A DNA stretch of 63,892 nucleotides, the filler included, from Octopus bimaculoides (Eukaryota), in the NCBI RefSeq assembly GCF_001194135.2. It is 7 parts of 5 records of this genome, joined end to end, with 100 filler letters (N's around TTAATTAATTAA, not from the genome) between each part and the next. Parts side by side here need not be neighbours in the genome. Positions count along the whole stretch, not along the records: positions 23,421 to 48,545 come from NC_068986.1; positions 48,646 to 51,286 come from NC_068983.1; 5 more parts are not named here. The stretch is one strand, 5' to 3'. This document shows, piece by piece, positions 36,801-50,162 of this stretch. Positions within the stretch are counted from its first letter, which is position 1; every line of letters begins with the position of its first letter. Under the pieces are notes generated by a model, which was not told the DNA's origin, made no database searches, and worked only from the letters and a program-made list of their open reading frames with translations. Made by a program: the position numbers and the translations under genes.

Positions 36801-38984
36801 AATAGGAAAATATCATGAAGAAATCAATGAGAGCATAGATTATATTTGTTTATTGTCGTATGCAGAATATATAAATTTAAAGGAGAGAGAGAAAAAAAAA
36901 TCATATTATGAGGGATTTTATAATACTTTCAAGTACGTCAAACTGATTAAAATTAACCGTGATAAATGAAGCATTCAAAGCGTATGCCAGGAAATTTATT
37001 GAAACAAATATAAAGAAATAAAGGGGGAAATCACTGACAAAGAGAGTCAGGAAAAAAAAGGAAGAAAATACAGATATGTGAAACAAAGAAAGATTTAAGA
37101 TGTTTTAAAATGGAAATAAATGGTAGAAAGACAAAATAACCAAGCATGGAGGAAAAGAAGCAACGAGTATGTTTTAATATTACATATTTGATTTCCGTTC
37201 TTCATTTTCCATGGCAACATCATTCAAGCAGAACAGTGAATAAATATATTCTTTTGTTTGCTATATATAAAAAGAAATATTTGTAATGGCCAATATATAT
37301 ATATATATATNNNNNNNNNNNNNNNNNNNNNNNNNNNNNNNNNNNNNNNNNNNNNNNNNNNNNNNNNNNNNNNNNNNNNNNNNNNNNNNNNNNNNNNNNN
37401 NNNNNNNNNNATACATACATACATACATACATACATACATCCGTAGTTAGGCAGATAGATAAATATATGTAACCAACATCCTAAATCATGAACGTGATGA
37501 ACCGATGAATCATTTTCTCGATAAATACTTTGAAATGAATCTGGGAAATTACCTACTCCTTAGTAACGAACACTTAAAGCTGAGTCGATAAATATTCCAT
37601 TAATATGTACATCACGTAATATGTTTTGATTAGTTTCGAAGAAACTTATAACTTTTCTGTATATATGTACGCTCATCTATATTTTTTTTATGTACACGCT
37701 ATGTTTCTCCTTTTTTGATATATATTTTTATTGATCATTATTTTAGTTTTGCTATTAGTAGCAATCAATATACTCACGTTTATACTTGTCATAAGAAATA
37801 TGACGATACATACAGTATTTGAAATGTATATTAGACTTGGGCCTGATAAGTGTTCACAAATGTAACGGAATTGAGTTGAACGCATAAATATATTAAATAG
37901 CGTAAAACATCTGCACAGGCTGTACATTCATATATGCGCACACTTTTCATCTATGAATGTCTATATACATACACACAAACATATACAATAACACACACAC
38001 GCACACATTAACACACACATAGACATATATATGCATACATACATTTATATTTGCAGTAATCTGGCTCTAAAATATGTTACTGTATGATTATATTTGTATA
38101 AAGATATTAGGAAGAGTGAAAGTGAAGGAGATTGTATTATTGGGTGTATATATATATATTTATATATATATATATATATATATNNNNNNNNNNNNNNNNN
38201 NNNNNNNNNNNNNNNNNNNNNNNNNNNNNNNNNNNNNNNNNNNNNNNNNNNNNNNNNNNNNNNNNNNNNNNNNNNNNNNNNNNNNNNNNNNNNNNNNNNN
38301 NNNNNNNNNNNNNNNNNNNNNNNNNNNNNNNNNNNNNNNNNNNNNNNNNNNNNNNNNNNNNNNNNNNNNNNNNNNNNNNNNNNNNNNNNNNNNNNNNNNN
38401 NNNNNNNNNNNNNNNNNNNNNNNNNNNNNNNNNNNNNNNNNNNNNNNNNNNNNNNNNNNNNNNNNNNNNNNNNNNNNNNNNNNNNNNNNNNNNNNNNNNN
38501 NNNNNNNNNNNNNNNNNNNNNNNNNNNNNNNNNNNNNNNNNNNNNNNNNNNNNNNNNNNNNNNNNNNNNNNNNNNNNNNNNNNNNNNNNNNNNNNNNNNN
38601 NNNNNNNNNNNNNNNNNNNNNNNNNNNNNNNNNNNNNNNNNNNNNNNNNNNNNNNNNNNNNNNNNNNNNNNNNNNNNNNNNNNNNNNNNNNNNNNNNNNN
38701 NNNNNNNNNNNNNNNNNNNNNNNNNNNNNNNNNNNNNNNNNNNNNNNNNNNNNNNNNNNNNNNNNNNNNNNNNNNNNNNNNNNNNNNNNNNNNNNNNNNN
38801 NNNNNNNNNNNNNNNNNNNNNNNNNNNNNNNNNNNNNNNNNNNNNNNNNNNNNNNNNNNNNNNNNNNNNNNNNNNNNNNNNNNNNNNNNNNNNNNNNNNN
38901 NNNNNNNNNNNNNNNNNNNNNNNNNNNNNNNNNNNNNNNNNNNNNNNNNNNNNNNNNNNNNNCGATGTGTATGTGCGGAAATAT

Positions 38985-40540
38985 AGTTTTTCCTGGAAAA
39001 CATGCAAATAAACAAGCCGCAGGAGTTTTTCAATGCAATGAATCTATTAGGGAAAAGAGGGAACCGTCGATGACATCAAAATCGCAGAAGATGATGTATT
39101 ATCGGTCATTGCTGAGATGAGATCAAACTCAGGAACGAGCCCAGATGGACTCCCAGCTATTCTCTTAAAAACATGTAAAAAGGTTCTTGCAAAGCCAATG
39201 CAGATACTCTTTCAGAATTTCCTTGAATGTGATAAACTTCCCAACATGCTAAAAAGGATATAATATGCCCCGTCCATAAAGGAGGGACCGGAGGAGATGC
39301 AAAATACTACTGAACTATCTTTCTGACCTCACATGTTTACTAAGACAATAGAACGCATTGTCAGAAAACGGCTGATCACGTTCCTAGAAGAAAACAATCT
39401 TCTCACAAAAACGCAACATGGTTTCCGTCCAGGAAGGAGCTGCCTCACACAGTTGCTGAAGCACTTTGACTGGGTACTGAAGCAACAGCTAAACCAGTCA
39501 GTTGTAGATGTAATATACATCGACTTTTCCAAGTCTTTCTACGAGGCTGATCATGGCATGATATGTCACAAGATGCGAAACCTTGGTCTTACCGGGAAAC
39601 TGGGAGAGTGGTTGCATGATTTTCTGAAGGGCAGGAGTCAGACAGCTGTAGCAAATTGTACTCACTCTGAAGTGACACCAATTCTGAGCGGAGTCCTACA
39701 GGGAACCGTACTGGGACCACTACTATTTGTGGTGGCCCTCTCGGCGGTAGTTAACCAATCTAGCCAGTTATGCCGACGACACAAAAGGAACCCGAGAGGA
39801 CACCACAAAACTGCTGAAATACCTGAAAGAAATCTACAAATGGGCTAACAAAAATATCATGCATTTCAATGCTATGAAATTTCAGGCACTCCACTATCGC
39901 TCCAACACCAGGCTAAAATCGGAATACACTCGACCAGTAGGTAATATAATCCCAGAATCAGAGTCAGTGGCTGACCTAGGGGTTCATGTGCATATTACCA
40001 AGATGGCAACACTGTGCAGGCGAGTACCTGGATGGAATCTGTGGACATTCACAAGGAAGCCCTGCTACTTCTATCGGAGACTTTCTTTCTCAGCAGCTTG
40101 GACCACTACGCACAGCTATACTTCCCAGAGAGTGTGAAACACATTGTGGAACTCGAAGCAATCCAACGCCAATACTCAAAGAAGATTGGTTCGATGCAAA
40201 AGATGGGCTACTGGGAAAGTCTAAAGGAGCTGAGTGCCTACTCCCTGGAGAGAAGACAAGAAAAACTTTTCCCCATCTAAAATAAGGACACAGTACTGGA
40301 TTTCATGTCTGGATTTCATGGGCCTCCAATTGTTCAACATCTTTCCAAGCAACCGTCTGGACAGGTTTCTATCTGAGATACAAGGTGAATACACATCGTG
40401 CCAGGAGATGCAAAGAAGAGCAGCTACGTCCAACTAGCTACTTAGCTACTTCACCAAAAATAGTATCAGAAATAACACCGAGTAACTACAGGTGGTGCAC
40501 CAGCATGACCTCAGCTCTGTTCAAATCAACACAAAGGGAT
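38985..40540 (+). mobile_element. CR1-clade LINE 3' portion (RT pseudogene with frameshifts and stops, plus 3' tail)
   Basis: SPDGLPAILLKTC...; QHGFRPGRSCLTQLL; DVIYIDFSKSF; SGVLQGTVLGPLLF; YADD in a shifted frame at 39769-39780; HFNAMKFQALHY; YWESLKELSAYSLERR; tail ggtggtgcaccagcatgacc at 40491-40510. Confidence 0.92.
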
Positions 40541-40559
40541 AATTAAAAAAGCCTGCAAC

Positions 40560-41040
40560 TATCCATTGTGAGAGAGAGAGCAGACAAATAATCCTGGATC
40601 AAAAACAAAACATTAAGTGAAACCCAAAGGACTTCTTTCATTATGCCAATGTAGCAGCGTCAATACTCTGCAGAATAGGACTTCTCTTCCAAAAGGATGG
40701 CCCCCTCACAGATAATCCACCCAGGATCAGTGAGGTACTGATTGACTAGTTTAAAAGTATCTTTACCAACCCGCTGGAACACTGTCAAATGAACGACTCA
40801 GTGTATTTCTCATCTAATATCAGCGAGTCAGTTATGATGGATTACATCGATATTACCGATATACTACTAGCCATAGATGAGATGGGCCTACCTCGCAGGA
40901 AATGTGCAGCTGAATGTAGTGACATCAAAATCACTTATTCACCAAATGCCACATGTTAGAGGAGGCTCTCAATAATAATAGTGTAGCAAAACGGTGGTAG
41001 TCCAGCATGGCCATAGCGCCGAGCTGAAACTACAAAACAA
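40560..41040 (+). mobile_element. Second CR1-like fragment (EN-RT linker) plus a second LINE-type 3' tail
   Basis: NPKDFFHYAN...RIGLLFQKDGPLTDNPPRISEVLID*FKSIFTNPLEH...DILLAIDEM, then ggtggtagtccagcatggccatagc...gctgaaac at about 40993-41030. Confidence 0.65.
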
Positions 41041-42251
41041 AATATGTGTGAATTATACATATATATNNNNNNNNNNNNNNNNNNNNNNNNNNNNNNNNNN
41101 NNNNNNNNNNNNNNNNNNNNNNNNNNNNNNNNNNNNNNNNNNNNNNNNNNNNNNNNNNNNNNNNNNNNNNNNNNNNNNNNNNNNNNNNNNNNNNNNNNNN
41201 NNNNNNNNNNNNNNNNNNNNNNNNNNNNNNNNNNNNNNNNNNNNNNNNNNNNNNNNNNNNNNNNNNNNNNNNNNNNNNNNNNNNNNNNNNNNNNNNNNNN
41301 NNNNNNNNNNNNNNNNNNNNNNNNNNNNNNNNNNNNNNNNNNNNNNNNNNNNNNNNNNNNNNNNNNNNNNNNNNNNNNNNNNNNNNNNNNNNNNNNNNNN
41401 NNNNNNNNNNNNNNNNNNNNNNNNNNNNNNNNNNNNNNNNNNNNNNNNNNNNNNNNNNNNNNNNNNNNNNNNNNNNNNNNNNNNNNNNNNNNNNNNNNNN
41501 NNNNNNNNNNNNNNNNNNNNNNNNNNNNNNNNNNNNNNNNNNNNNNNNNNNNNNNNNNNNNNNNNNNNNNNNNNNNNNNNNNNNNNNNNNNNNNNNNNNN
41601 NNNNNNNNNNNNNNNNNNNNNNNNNNNNNNNNNNNNNNNNNNNNNNNNNNNNNNNNNNNNNNNNNNNNNNNNNNNNNNNNNNNNNNNNNNNNNNNNNNNN
41701 NNNNNNNNNTATGTATGTATGTATATATATATATATGTGTATGTATGTATGTATGTATGTATATGTATGTATATGTATATATATATACTTGCTGAATTAT
41801 AAAACACCGCAGCTAAATTCACAATAATATTGATTCTGGATGAGAATCACGGCTAACAAAGTATTAAATTAGATCCTAGAATAGAATGCTTACCTAAGCG
41901 TGATACTGTTGTTGTATTTATGGGTCACAAACACCGTTTTGCAATTAACCCTTATTATAGAGTATCTAACACAATTACAATCGAACTGAAATCAATTATC
42001 TGAAAAATCCGTTTCATAAAATATAGGTCTCTGCTAAAATCTGTTGATCAATACCAGCATAAGTCTTATATACTTGAAAGTAGTTTGTGATACCAGAAAG
42101 ACAATTCCATAACTACCTTCCTTCATAATATGACAATCGAATTAAGTACAAGTTATGCCTGTATAAGATAAATAGACAACTACCTAGGACAAAAAAATTA
42201 TATATCTAAAAATCATATATAATATGTTCATATCTCTTTATTTCCCTCTCT

Positions 42252-42374
<123 letters not shown>

Positions 42375-43049
42375 TCGCCTTCTCTCTCCTTTGTATATAT
42401 AGGCACATCAAAACATGCTGCGATAGAAATGTGTACATATACATTTACATACATGTGTAAGTTGATATCTGTCTATGTAGGCGTATCCAAATCTGTCTAC
42501 GATATATAAATGCCGTAAGTAAATGGATTACATCACATATCAGGTGATTTGATTGATTATCGAATGCGGATCTAAAGATTCTTCTTGATGCTATATTTTC
42601 TGATGCCTAGCAATAACATGTTTCATCATAATTGATTTATATCTTGTGTAAGTCTAGTATAAATTTATAACAATCAGAGGTTCTGGGGACTATGCATAAT
42701 TCCGTGTATTTTAGGGTATATCTTTTCGATTGTTCGATCCATTGTAATCATTGAGCTTCATGGTGCGTTACTCACTTGGAAAATGGTTAGTTTATTACTT
42801 AAAGATTCCCTGTTTGAATTAGTATTACTGAAATATACATATCTATTTTCTATTTATACAGTAAGGATAGTTAATTCAAAATCTAACTTTTGACGCTCAT
42901 TATATTACAGGGAAGAATAATATATGGTTACCGTTTCAATTATTTATCTGTTTCATTCACCGATGATGGCTTGAGCCAAACAAATTGCCCCCGGTACATT
43001 TTTTGTTTAAGTGTGCTACTTCTGTCATCGGTCACTGTTGCTGAATTAT

Positions 43050-43330
43050 TAGATTATGACGGCTTAAACGAGCCAAAGTTTGTCAAGCGGTAGGATATAA
43101 CAAACAGCACTGGTACAAAGAAACACACACATACGTATGTATGAATGTTTGTATGTATGTATGTATTATGTATGTATATGCGTATATACATACGAAGAAC
43201 TTCGGCACAATTTCTATCCAGAAACTTCACTCAAGTAATTTGTCGGTTTGGAGCAATAGTTGTAGACACCAAATTGCCGAGCACTGTGGCCGAGTCCCAA
43301 ATCAAACGGTTGCCTAGTGAAGATTACTCG
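43050..43330 (-). mobile_element. Degenerate SINE family A
   Basis: tttgtcaagcggtagg...acaaac and ccagaaacttcactcaag...tagttgtagacacc are reverse-complement relics of the family A body. Confidence 0.45.
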
Positions 43331-44084
43331 ATGATAATATTTTATCACATAGCCTTTTTAATACTGCATGTTGAAAGATTTTGTGACCTTTCCTAAATCG
43401 ATTGTGAATTGATACAAAAGTACTTTTGCAACGTAGTATAACATTCATTATCATACGTTAAGAAATACCCAGTCATTGATAAACGTGTCAAAACTAGCAA
43501 AATTAGATTAGATGAAACTTTACTTTTATTATAACAAACTACAACATGCAGTTCATTATTGATAAAAAAAATATCAAGCACGTAATGAAAGTAGATTTAA
43601 CAAAATATTGATTGATGGAATATTTTTTCTACATATTACAAAAATTGAATCATCGGAAGATAATGAAGTATTTTAATCTCAAACAGAGATATCAGAAATA
43701 TAATGCAGTTTGATGTTTGAAAAATGTTGAAAATAATAAATAACAAAATGTTCATCATCAAAGTAATTAAAATAGAATTTTCTGTATTTTTTTTTTCAAA
43801 TTGAAAATGCAACCTGAAGATGCTGAAAATATGTTGATAAATCAGCGCTACTACACTGTGTAAAAGAAAATGAAAGCAGATATCATCAGATATAACACAT
43901 TTCAAGAATATAAATGTGAGAGTAACTACGAAACAATTAGACTAATACACGTTACGCGTGTAAAATCTCTAGACAAAGTCTAATAAACGACAAGGATTTA
44001 CAATCAAATGAATAAGTATATGGAAATATATAGATAAAAATTGTACATAGCGGGAAATTAACTGGAATAAAATTGGAATATTCT

Positions 44085-44215
44085 CATGCTTCCCAACCAC
44101 ATATTTTCGGGTTCAATCCTACTGCATGGTATCTTTGAGACGTGTCTTCTATTATAGCCTCAGGATGACCAAACCCTTGTGAATGGCTTTGGTAGACGGT
44201 AAAAATCCCGTCGCA
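44085..44215 (+). mobile_element. SINE family A 5' fragment
   Basis: tgcttcccaaccac...gggttcaatcctactgcatgg...gtgtcttctattatagcctcagg...gtagacgg. Confidence 0.78.
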
Positions 44216-44921
44216 TATGTATATATATATATATATGTTTTGGAATCTGCTAACCACTACTTGAATTTCCTTTTTCGTAACCTATTACATATTCTTCTGT
44301 TAACTAATCTTAAATATAATCTGTAACTATTGCACCTAATTTAATGCAATATGTGTGAAAACTAAAGGTGTTTAGAATTGACTGGGAAGGTGAGGAAAAT
44401 GTATTATTTTGGCCTATTGGGAAAAAACATGCCAGTTCTTTATTCCTTTCGTACTTTGGAAGTCCCTTCTCTTTATTAACATATCTGAATAATGCCCTTC
44501 CATTACAATTGTTCTATTATTACAGCAGTGAATAAATATATTGTAGAAAATTCATTTACTCCATTTTCAGTGTATTAGTATGTATTTAAAGATGGCGATC
44601 ATTTTACTTGATATCCGAAAGGGAATGTGGCATTTGAAACCTATTTCTCAATTGAGAAACGTAATTTGACATGACTTTATCTAACATCTTCATTGCCCTA
44701 ATGAGATTCATAGAAGAATACCAGATGATTATATCTGTGACATTATTCAACTTCACTTTTTCGATCATTGCAAAATTAGTTAGTTATATATTGTATGGAT
44801 CTACATATATTGACATGTACAAAGACATGTGTATTGATGATGTGGTACCATTTTCCATCTGAAAAGCTCATGTATACATATGTGTGTGTATTTGTTTGCG
44901 TGTGTGAGTATCCGTACTTGC

Positions 44922-44959
<38 letters not shown>

Positions 44960-45679
44960 TTAGTATTGTGCAAAAGTGGCGAAAGTCGAAAACGTTGTTT
45001 CCTTCATAAAACGAAAACCTAGTTTCTCTATTCAAAAGCAAAACGGTTGTACTGCATCCTAATTGTACGGTTGATATTTCAAATAGATGTACAATTGCAT
45101 AAATGAAGATGAATGCCTATTCACAGAAACAATCAATACATTATTTTGTTATAACTCAACTAAGGGATTTACGTTTCCAGAATTAAGTGTATTTTTTCTT
45201 TGCGAATACCATGTATTTCTTTAATAATACATTAGCTTTATTCCAATGAACTTGTGTCCATCAGTGAAAAGGAGAAAACTTTATATGCATTTCCAATTGT
45301 CTGACAGAAAGAAAATTGAAATATTTCCCTACGTGATTTAATGTTACATATTTCAGTCTAAATATGATTAAAATGTTCTTCATAACAATTATTGAAATTA
45401 CACGTTCAAACACAAAAGATAGACCACAATATATGATATAATTTATTAAATCCATATGTAACTGTGAGTTCTATTAGGATTACATGGAAAAGTCGTTCCA
45501 CCGAATTTCTTTTTACGTGATATCTGTGGAGGATGGCGCTTACTAAAGCCATGAGTTGACCAATGCATAATGAGTGGAATCTAATATGGAAGGTACTCCA
45601 TACACCTACATACTTAAACACATAATATAAATATGATACATGAAAGAGGGAGAAGTTATACCATATACACATGTACGTT

Positions 45680-45749
<70 letters not shown>

Positions 45750-46769
45750 NNNNNNNNNNNNNNNNNNNNNNNNNNNNNNNNNNNNNNNNNNNNNNNNNNN
45801 NNNNNNNNNNNNNNNNNNNNNNNNNNNNNNNNNNNNNNNNNNNNNNNNNNNNNNNNNNNNNNNNNNNNNNNNNNNNNNNNNNNNNNNNNNNNNNNNNNNN
45901 NNNNNNNNNNNNNNNNNNNNNNNNNNNNNNNNNNNNNNNNNNNNNNNNNNNNNNNNNNNNNNNNNNNNNNNNNNNNNNNNNNNNNNNNNNNNNNNNNNNN
46001 NNNNNNNNNNNNNNNNNNNNNNNNNNNNNNNNNNNNNNNNNNNNNNNNNNNNNNNNNNNNNNNNNNNNNNNNNNNNNNNNNNNNNNNNNNNNNNNNNNNN
46101 NNNNNNNNNNNNNNNNNNNNNNNNNNNNNNNNNNNNNNNNNNNNNNNNNNNNNNNNNNNNNNNNNNNNNNNNNNNNNNNNNNNNNNNNNNNNNNNNNNNN
46201 NNNNNNNNNNNNNNNNNNNNNNNNNNNNNNNNNNNNNNNNNNNNNNNNNNNNNNNNNNNNNNNNNNNNNNNNNNNNNNNNNNNNNNNNNNNNNNNNNNNN
46301 NNNNNNNNNNNNNNNNNNNNNNNNNNNNNNNNNNNNNNNNNNNNNNNNNNNNNNNNNNNNNNNNNNNNNNNNNNNNNNNNNNNNNNNNNNNNNNNNNNNN
46401 NNNNNNNNNNNNNNATATATATATATATATATATATATACATACACACAAAGTATGGTGGTTTAGTTCATGGGTGATCTAAATGTTTAGGTACGCTAGGT
46501 GAGCGCTGTAACGGATTACCAAGGCTCACACCCATAACCACATACCTAAAAATATTTCTACATCCACTGACCTAAGCCAATAAATGTACACATGGACTTA
46601 CAGCTAGACCTCCTCCCCAACCACTATACACAAGAACAATATCACTGGCAACTACTAATACTCCTCGTACCTGTGTAAATGGCCGGTCCCTCTGTCATGC
46701 GCTAAGTATTATAGGAATACCTTAAATAAAATACTCTGAAAAATTCTTTAGGACTAATAATATTAGAGA

Positions 46770-46895
46770 GGTTGTAGGTATACAGAACGTAGCGATGGAT
46801 AAAATACCGCTAAGCATTTCGTCCAGCGTACTAAGGACTCTGCCAGGTCGCTGTCTTTGTTGCCAGGTTGCCGACTTTTGCCCGGCGTGCTAATA
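46770..46895 (-). mobile_element. SINE family B head fragments
   Basis: cagaacgtagcgatggataaaataccgctaagcatttcgtccagcgtactaaggactctgccag. Confidence 0.7.
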
Positions 46896-48042
46896 ATATG
46901 TGCAGAATAATAACAATCACACTCTAGATTCTCGATACGAATAAATTCGCACTGAATCATATTATAACATATAAGACGAAATTATATTAAGAGTTGAAAC
47001 GAAACTTATGATGTGTTTCTTAAGAAATTCACTGAGTTGAGCAACGCATAGTGTTTCAGATAATTACGCCATTTATCATATGTTTTAATGCAAAATCTTT
47101 CCTCAACTATATCCACTTGGTAAGGAAATGTTTATCATAGCTGGTAGTTGAAAGATTTTTTCCGCCTTGAAATCATAATTTACCCAGTGTTTCCGCTCTT
47201 CTAACGGCAACACTGCGTTTGAAATACAAAAAAAGAAACATATCTTTCTTCTTATTTGTATAGTACAATNNNNNNNNNNATGTATGTATGTATGTGTGTA
47301 TGTATGTATGTATGTATATATGTATGTATCTGTCTATCTATCTCTGTCCGTTTTCCGTAACTAAATAAATTGCACTTAACGTATTTTAAACCTCATGCAA
47401 GCTTGTACAAATCACATAGTATTTGGCATTTCCAAATTTATATGCTTCTGCTTTCTTAATATTTACTAGGGATTTCTAGCAGGTGTGTGTGACACATCTT
47501 TAATACTTCACAAGTATTACCGTAAAATATCACAAGGCCTCTGTACTTAGAACATCCGTAAATTAAATTCTATTTTGGTATTTACAGATAAACCGATTTA
47601 ACATCTATATCTTCTCTACAAATAGTTGTAATCTGCATAAATATATAAGAATTTCTTTTTAAATCCCATTTGGCTAGGCAAACCCACGGAGTATATTTTC
47701 AGTTCCTCTTATATTGTTAGCATAATGGAAATGTTTAAGCTTTTCTATTTCCAATTGTTGGTAATTGAAATAACAAGACGACGTGGCTTAAACTTCTGAT
47801 ACTGTACAAGATTTATGTTTCGTATCTAAGTAATTTAACGCTATGTTAGTTACATTTTATATGAGTGAAACCTGTATGTCTATTCATTGCAAACGAAAGT
47901 ACATCAGACGGCATGTGCAAAATATTCACTTGCTATTTTCCACTCGACAAGGCAGCGAAGTTTAAAATCACTTATTTAAAGTAAGCTGCCACGTTCAAAT
48001 TTAAACTAGGAAAGGCATATATATCTAAAATTATATATAGAC

Positions 48043-48383
48043 AAAAATTAACAGAATGAGATGAACATCGAAGGCTGTGAAATATTTCAGAACATTCATA
48101 AAGCCAAGGTGTTGCAGCTGTTTCCGGGATATTTTATATATCGCTTCATCGGAGACTGTGCGAAAAATGGTTAAGCAATAGTTATTCTAGAGAAGATATG
48201 AGATAGAGAGTGAAATGGAGAAATGAAAATTCTAATCTAGAATAACTACTACTGAACCATTTCCTCGCACCGTCTCCGATGAAGGGATATATAAAATATC
48301 CTGGAAACAGTTGTAAGACCTCTTTATAAATGTTCCGAAATATTTCACACACTTGGATTTTTATCTCATTCTGTTAACTTTTT
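48043..48383. repeat. ~150 bp imperfect inverted repeat (foldback), each arm carrying a hammerhead relic; probable inverted PLE termini
   Basis: Left arm 48043-48191 is the reverse complement of right arm 48236-48383 (aacagaatgagat, gtgaaatatttc, ctgtttcc.ggatattttatatatc, cttcatcggagac, tagttattctaga all mirrored); 44 bp spacer. Confidence 0.9.
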
Positions 48384-48645
48384 AAAAATATGCATGCTAA
48401 TATATGACTTACTTTGGACTCCTCTTTCACAAAATCACCGAACCTAGAACTTAATTATAGTCTGTCCATAGCACTTACTCAGCATTACCTGACACCATTG
48501 AGTCATTTTGACAACATTACCTCTCATAACACACACACACACACANNNNNNNNNNNNNNNNNNNNNNNNNNNNNNNNNNNNNNNNNNNNTTAATTAATTA
48601 ANNNNNNNNNNNNNNNNNNNNNNNNNNNNNNNNNNNNNNNNNNNN

Positions 48646-48679
<34 letters not shown>

Positions 48680-48834
48680 AAGGGAGGGAAGGAAGGAAGG
48701 ACAAACTAACATAGATAGGGAGTTAGGGAGTGTCTATATGCTAGATTCTCATTGCATACCCTTCTCAAAGCTTTTACTAGTCACTGAGAGAGGGGAAGGG
48801 GAGATCGGTCCTAGCATATCTTTTGACAGGTCAC

Positions 48835-48878
<44 letters not shown>

Positions 48879-48939
48879 AAGGAAGGACAAACTAACATAG
48901 ATAGGGAGTTAGGGAGTGTCTATATGCTGGATTCTTTTA

Positions 48940-49110
48940 CTGAAAACTGGTAAGCTGCACCAGGTTCCAGTCTGATTTGGCATTATTTTTATGGCTGGAT
49001 GCCCTTCCTAATGCCAACCACTCCAACAGTGTAGTGGGTGCTTTTCACATACCAGTTACATAACACCGGCATTGGCCATGACCACAATCTCATTTGGCTT
49101 GACAAGTTTA
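48940..49110 (+). mobile_element. RTE-type 3' end or SINE tail relic
   Basis: ggctggatgcccttcctaatgccaacc hairpin-type motif, recalled from RTE-related 3' UTRs; not verified. Confidence 0.4.
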
Positions 49111-49179
49111 CTTAAACATGGTATAATGCCAAAGGTGATACACACACACACACACAAACGAATATACACACACTTGTTT

Positions 49180-49345
49180 ATGGCTGGTTCTTAGAGCTTC
49201 TGGGAACTAATTTACTCACAAGACATTGGTTGCTCAATAGGAGGTCTTCATAGAAGACACCAGATCACAGTGCCTTGCAGTGGAAATGAACCCTAAACTA
49301 CATAGGTATGAAGGGTACTTCTTAACCACATGGCCATGCCTGCCT
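49180..49345 (-). mobile_element. Degenerate SINE family A 5' half
   Basis: tttactcacaagacattgg...catagaagacacc...cttaaccacatggccatgcctgcc. Confidence 0.6.
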
Positions 49346-50035
49346 GTATTTCCAAATGGCTGTACAACCTAAGGTCAGCCTTCATCACTTTTTCCCTTCT
49401 ATTTATTGATTTTCCTCTTCTATAAGTGCTTTCCACTTACATCATTTGGCACTCGTTTGTACAACTGTTATATACGCATATATGCCATATGGCAGTTTAT
49501 CTACTGCTTTTGCTGATTCTGCCAAATCCACCACACTTTATATCTGATGAAATTATAGCAATGTTACTGTCTATCAAAAAGATTCAATGAAATTATACTA
49601 AAAATAATAAATAACAACAAAAAACAGCATTCATTTTAAATTCAATAGATGCAGTTAATCCAATTAGATATCTAGTAAGCTTCGTTAATCAGTTAATGCT
49701 GATCACATTCTCAACAAGGCTGAATATCTTAATCAACAAATGACATAATTCCTATTCAAAAGGTCAACATGTCCTAATTTATGGATGTTGCAATTTTAAA
49801 CCTAGCCATCTTCCTAACCATCAAGCAAAAGACAAAAGTTGAAATTTAATTTAATACTGACGTTCTTGATTGAAGGTGGATGATGTTAGTTACATACACA
49901 TACATACATGTGCAGGTGCGCATGCACACACAGACAAAACATGGTCTCAGGTTCAATTACACAGTATGATACCTTGGGCAAGTGTCTTCTACTTTAGCTT
50001 TAGGCTGACTAAAGCCATGTGGGTAGATTACTAAA

Positions 50036-50074
<39 letters not shown>

Positions 50075-50162
50075 TGGAGTAAGCACATAAAATGTGCAAC
50101 AAGGTGGAAAAAAGAGTACTCAAATACCAGAGGTAGAGTAATATGCTTTATTTAAAAGCAGC

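Noticed and set aside
49345-49395. Minus-strand GTGATGA-A-GGCTG...CAGCC hairpin
   Set aside because: C3 is missing, GAAA is displaced by 5 nt, and the sequence overlaps a SINE-tail relic.
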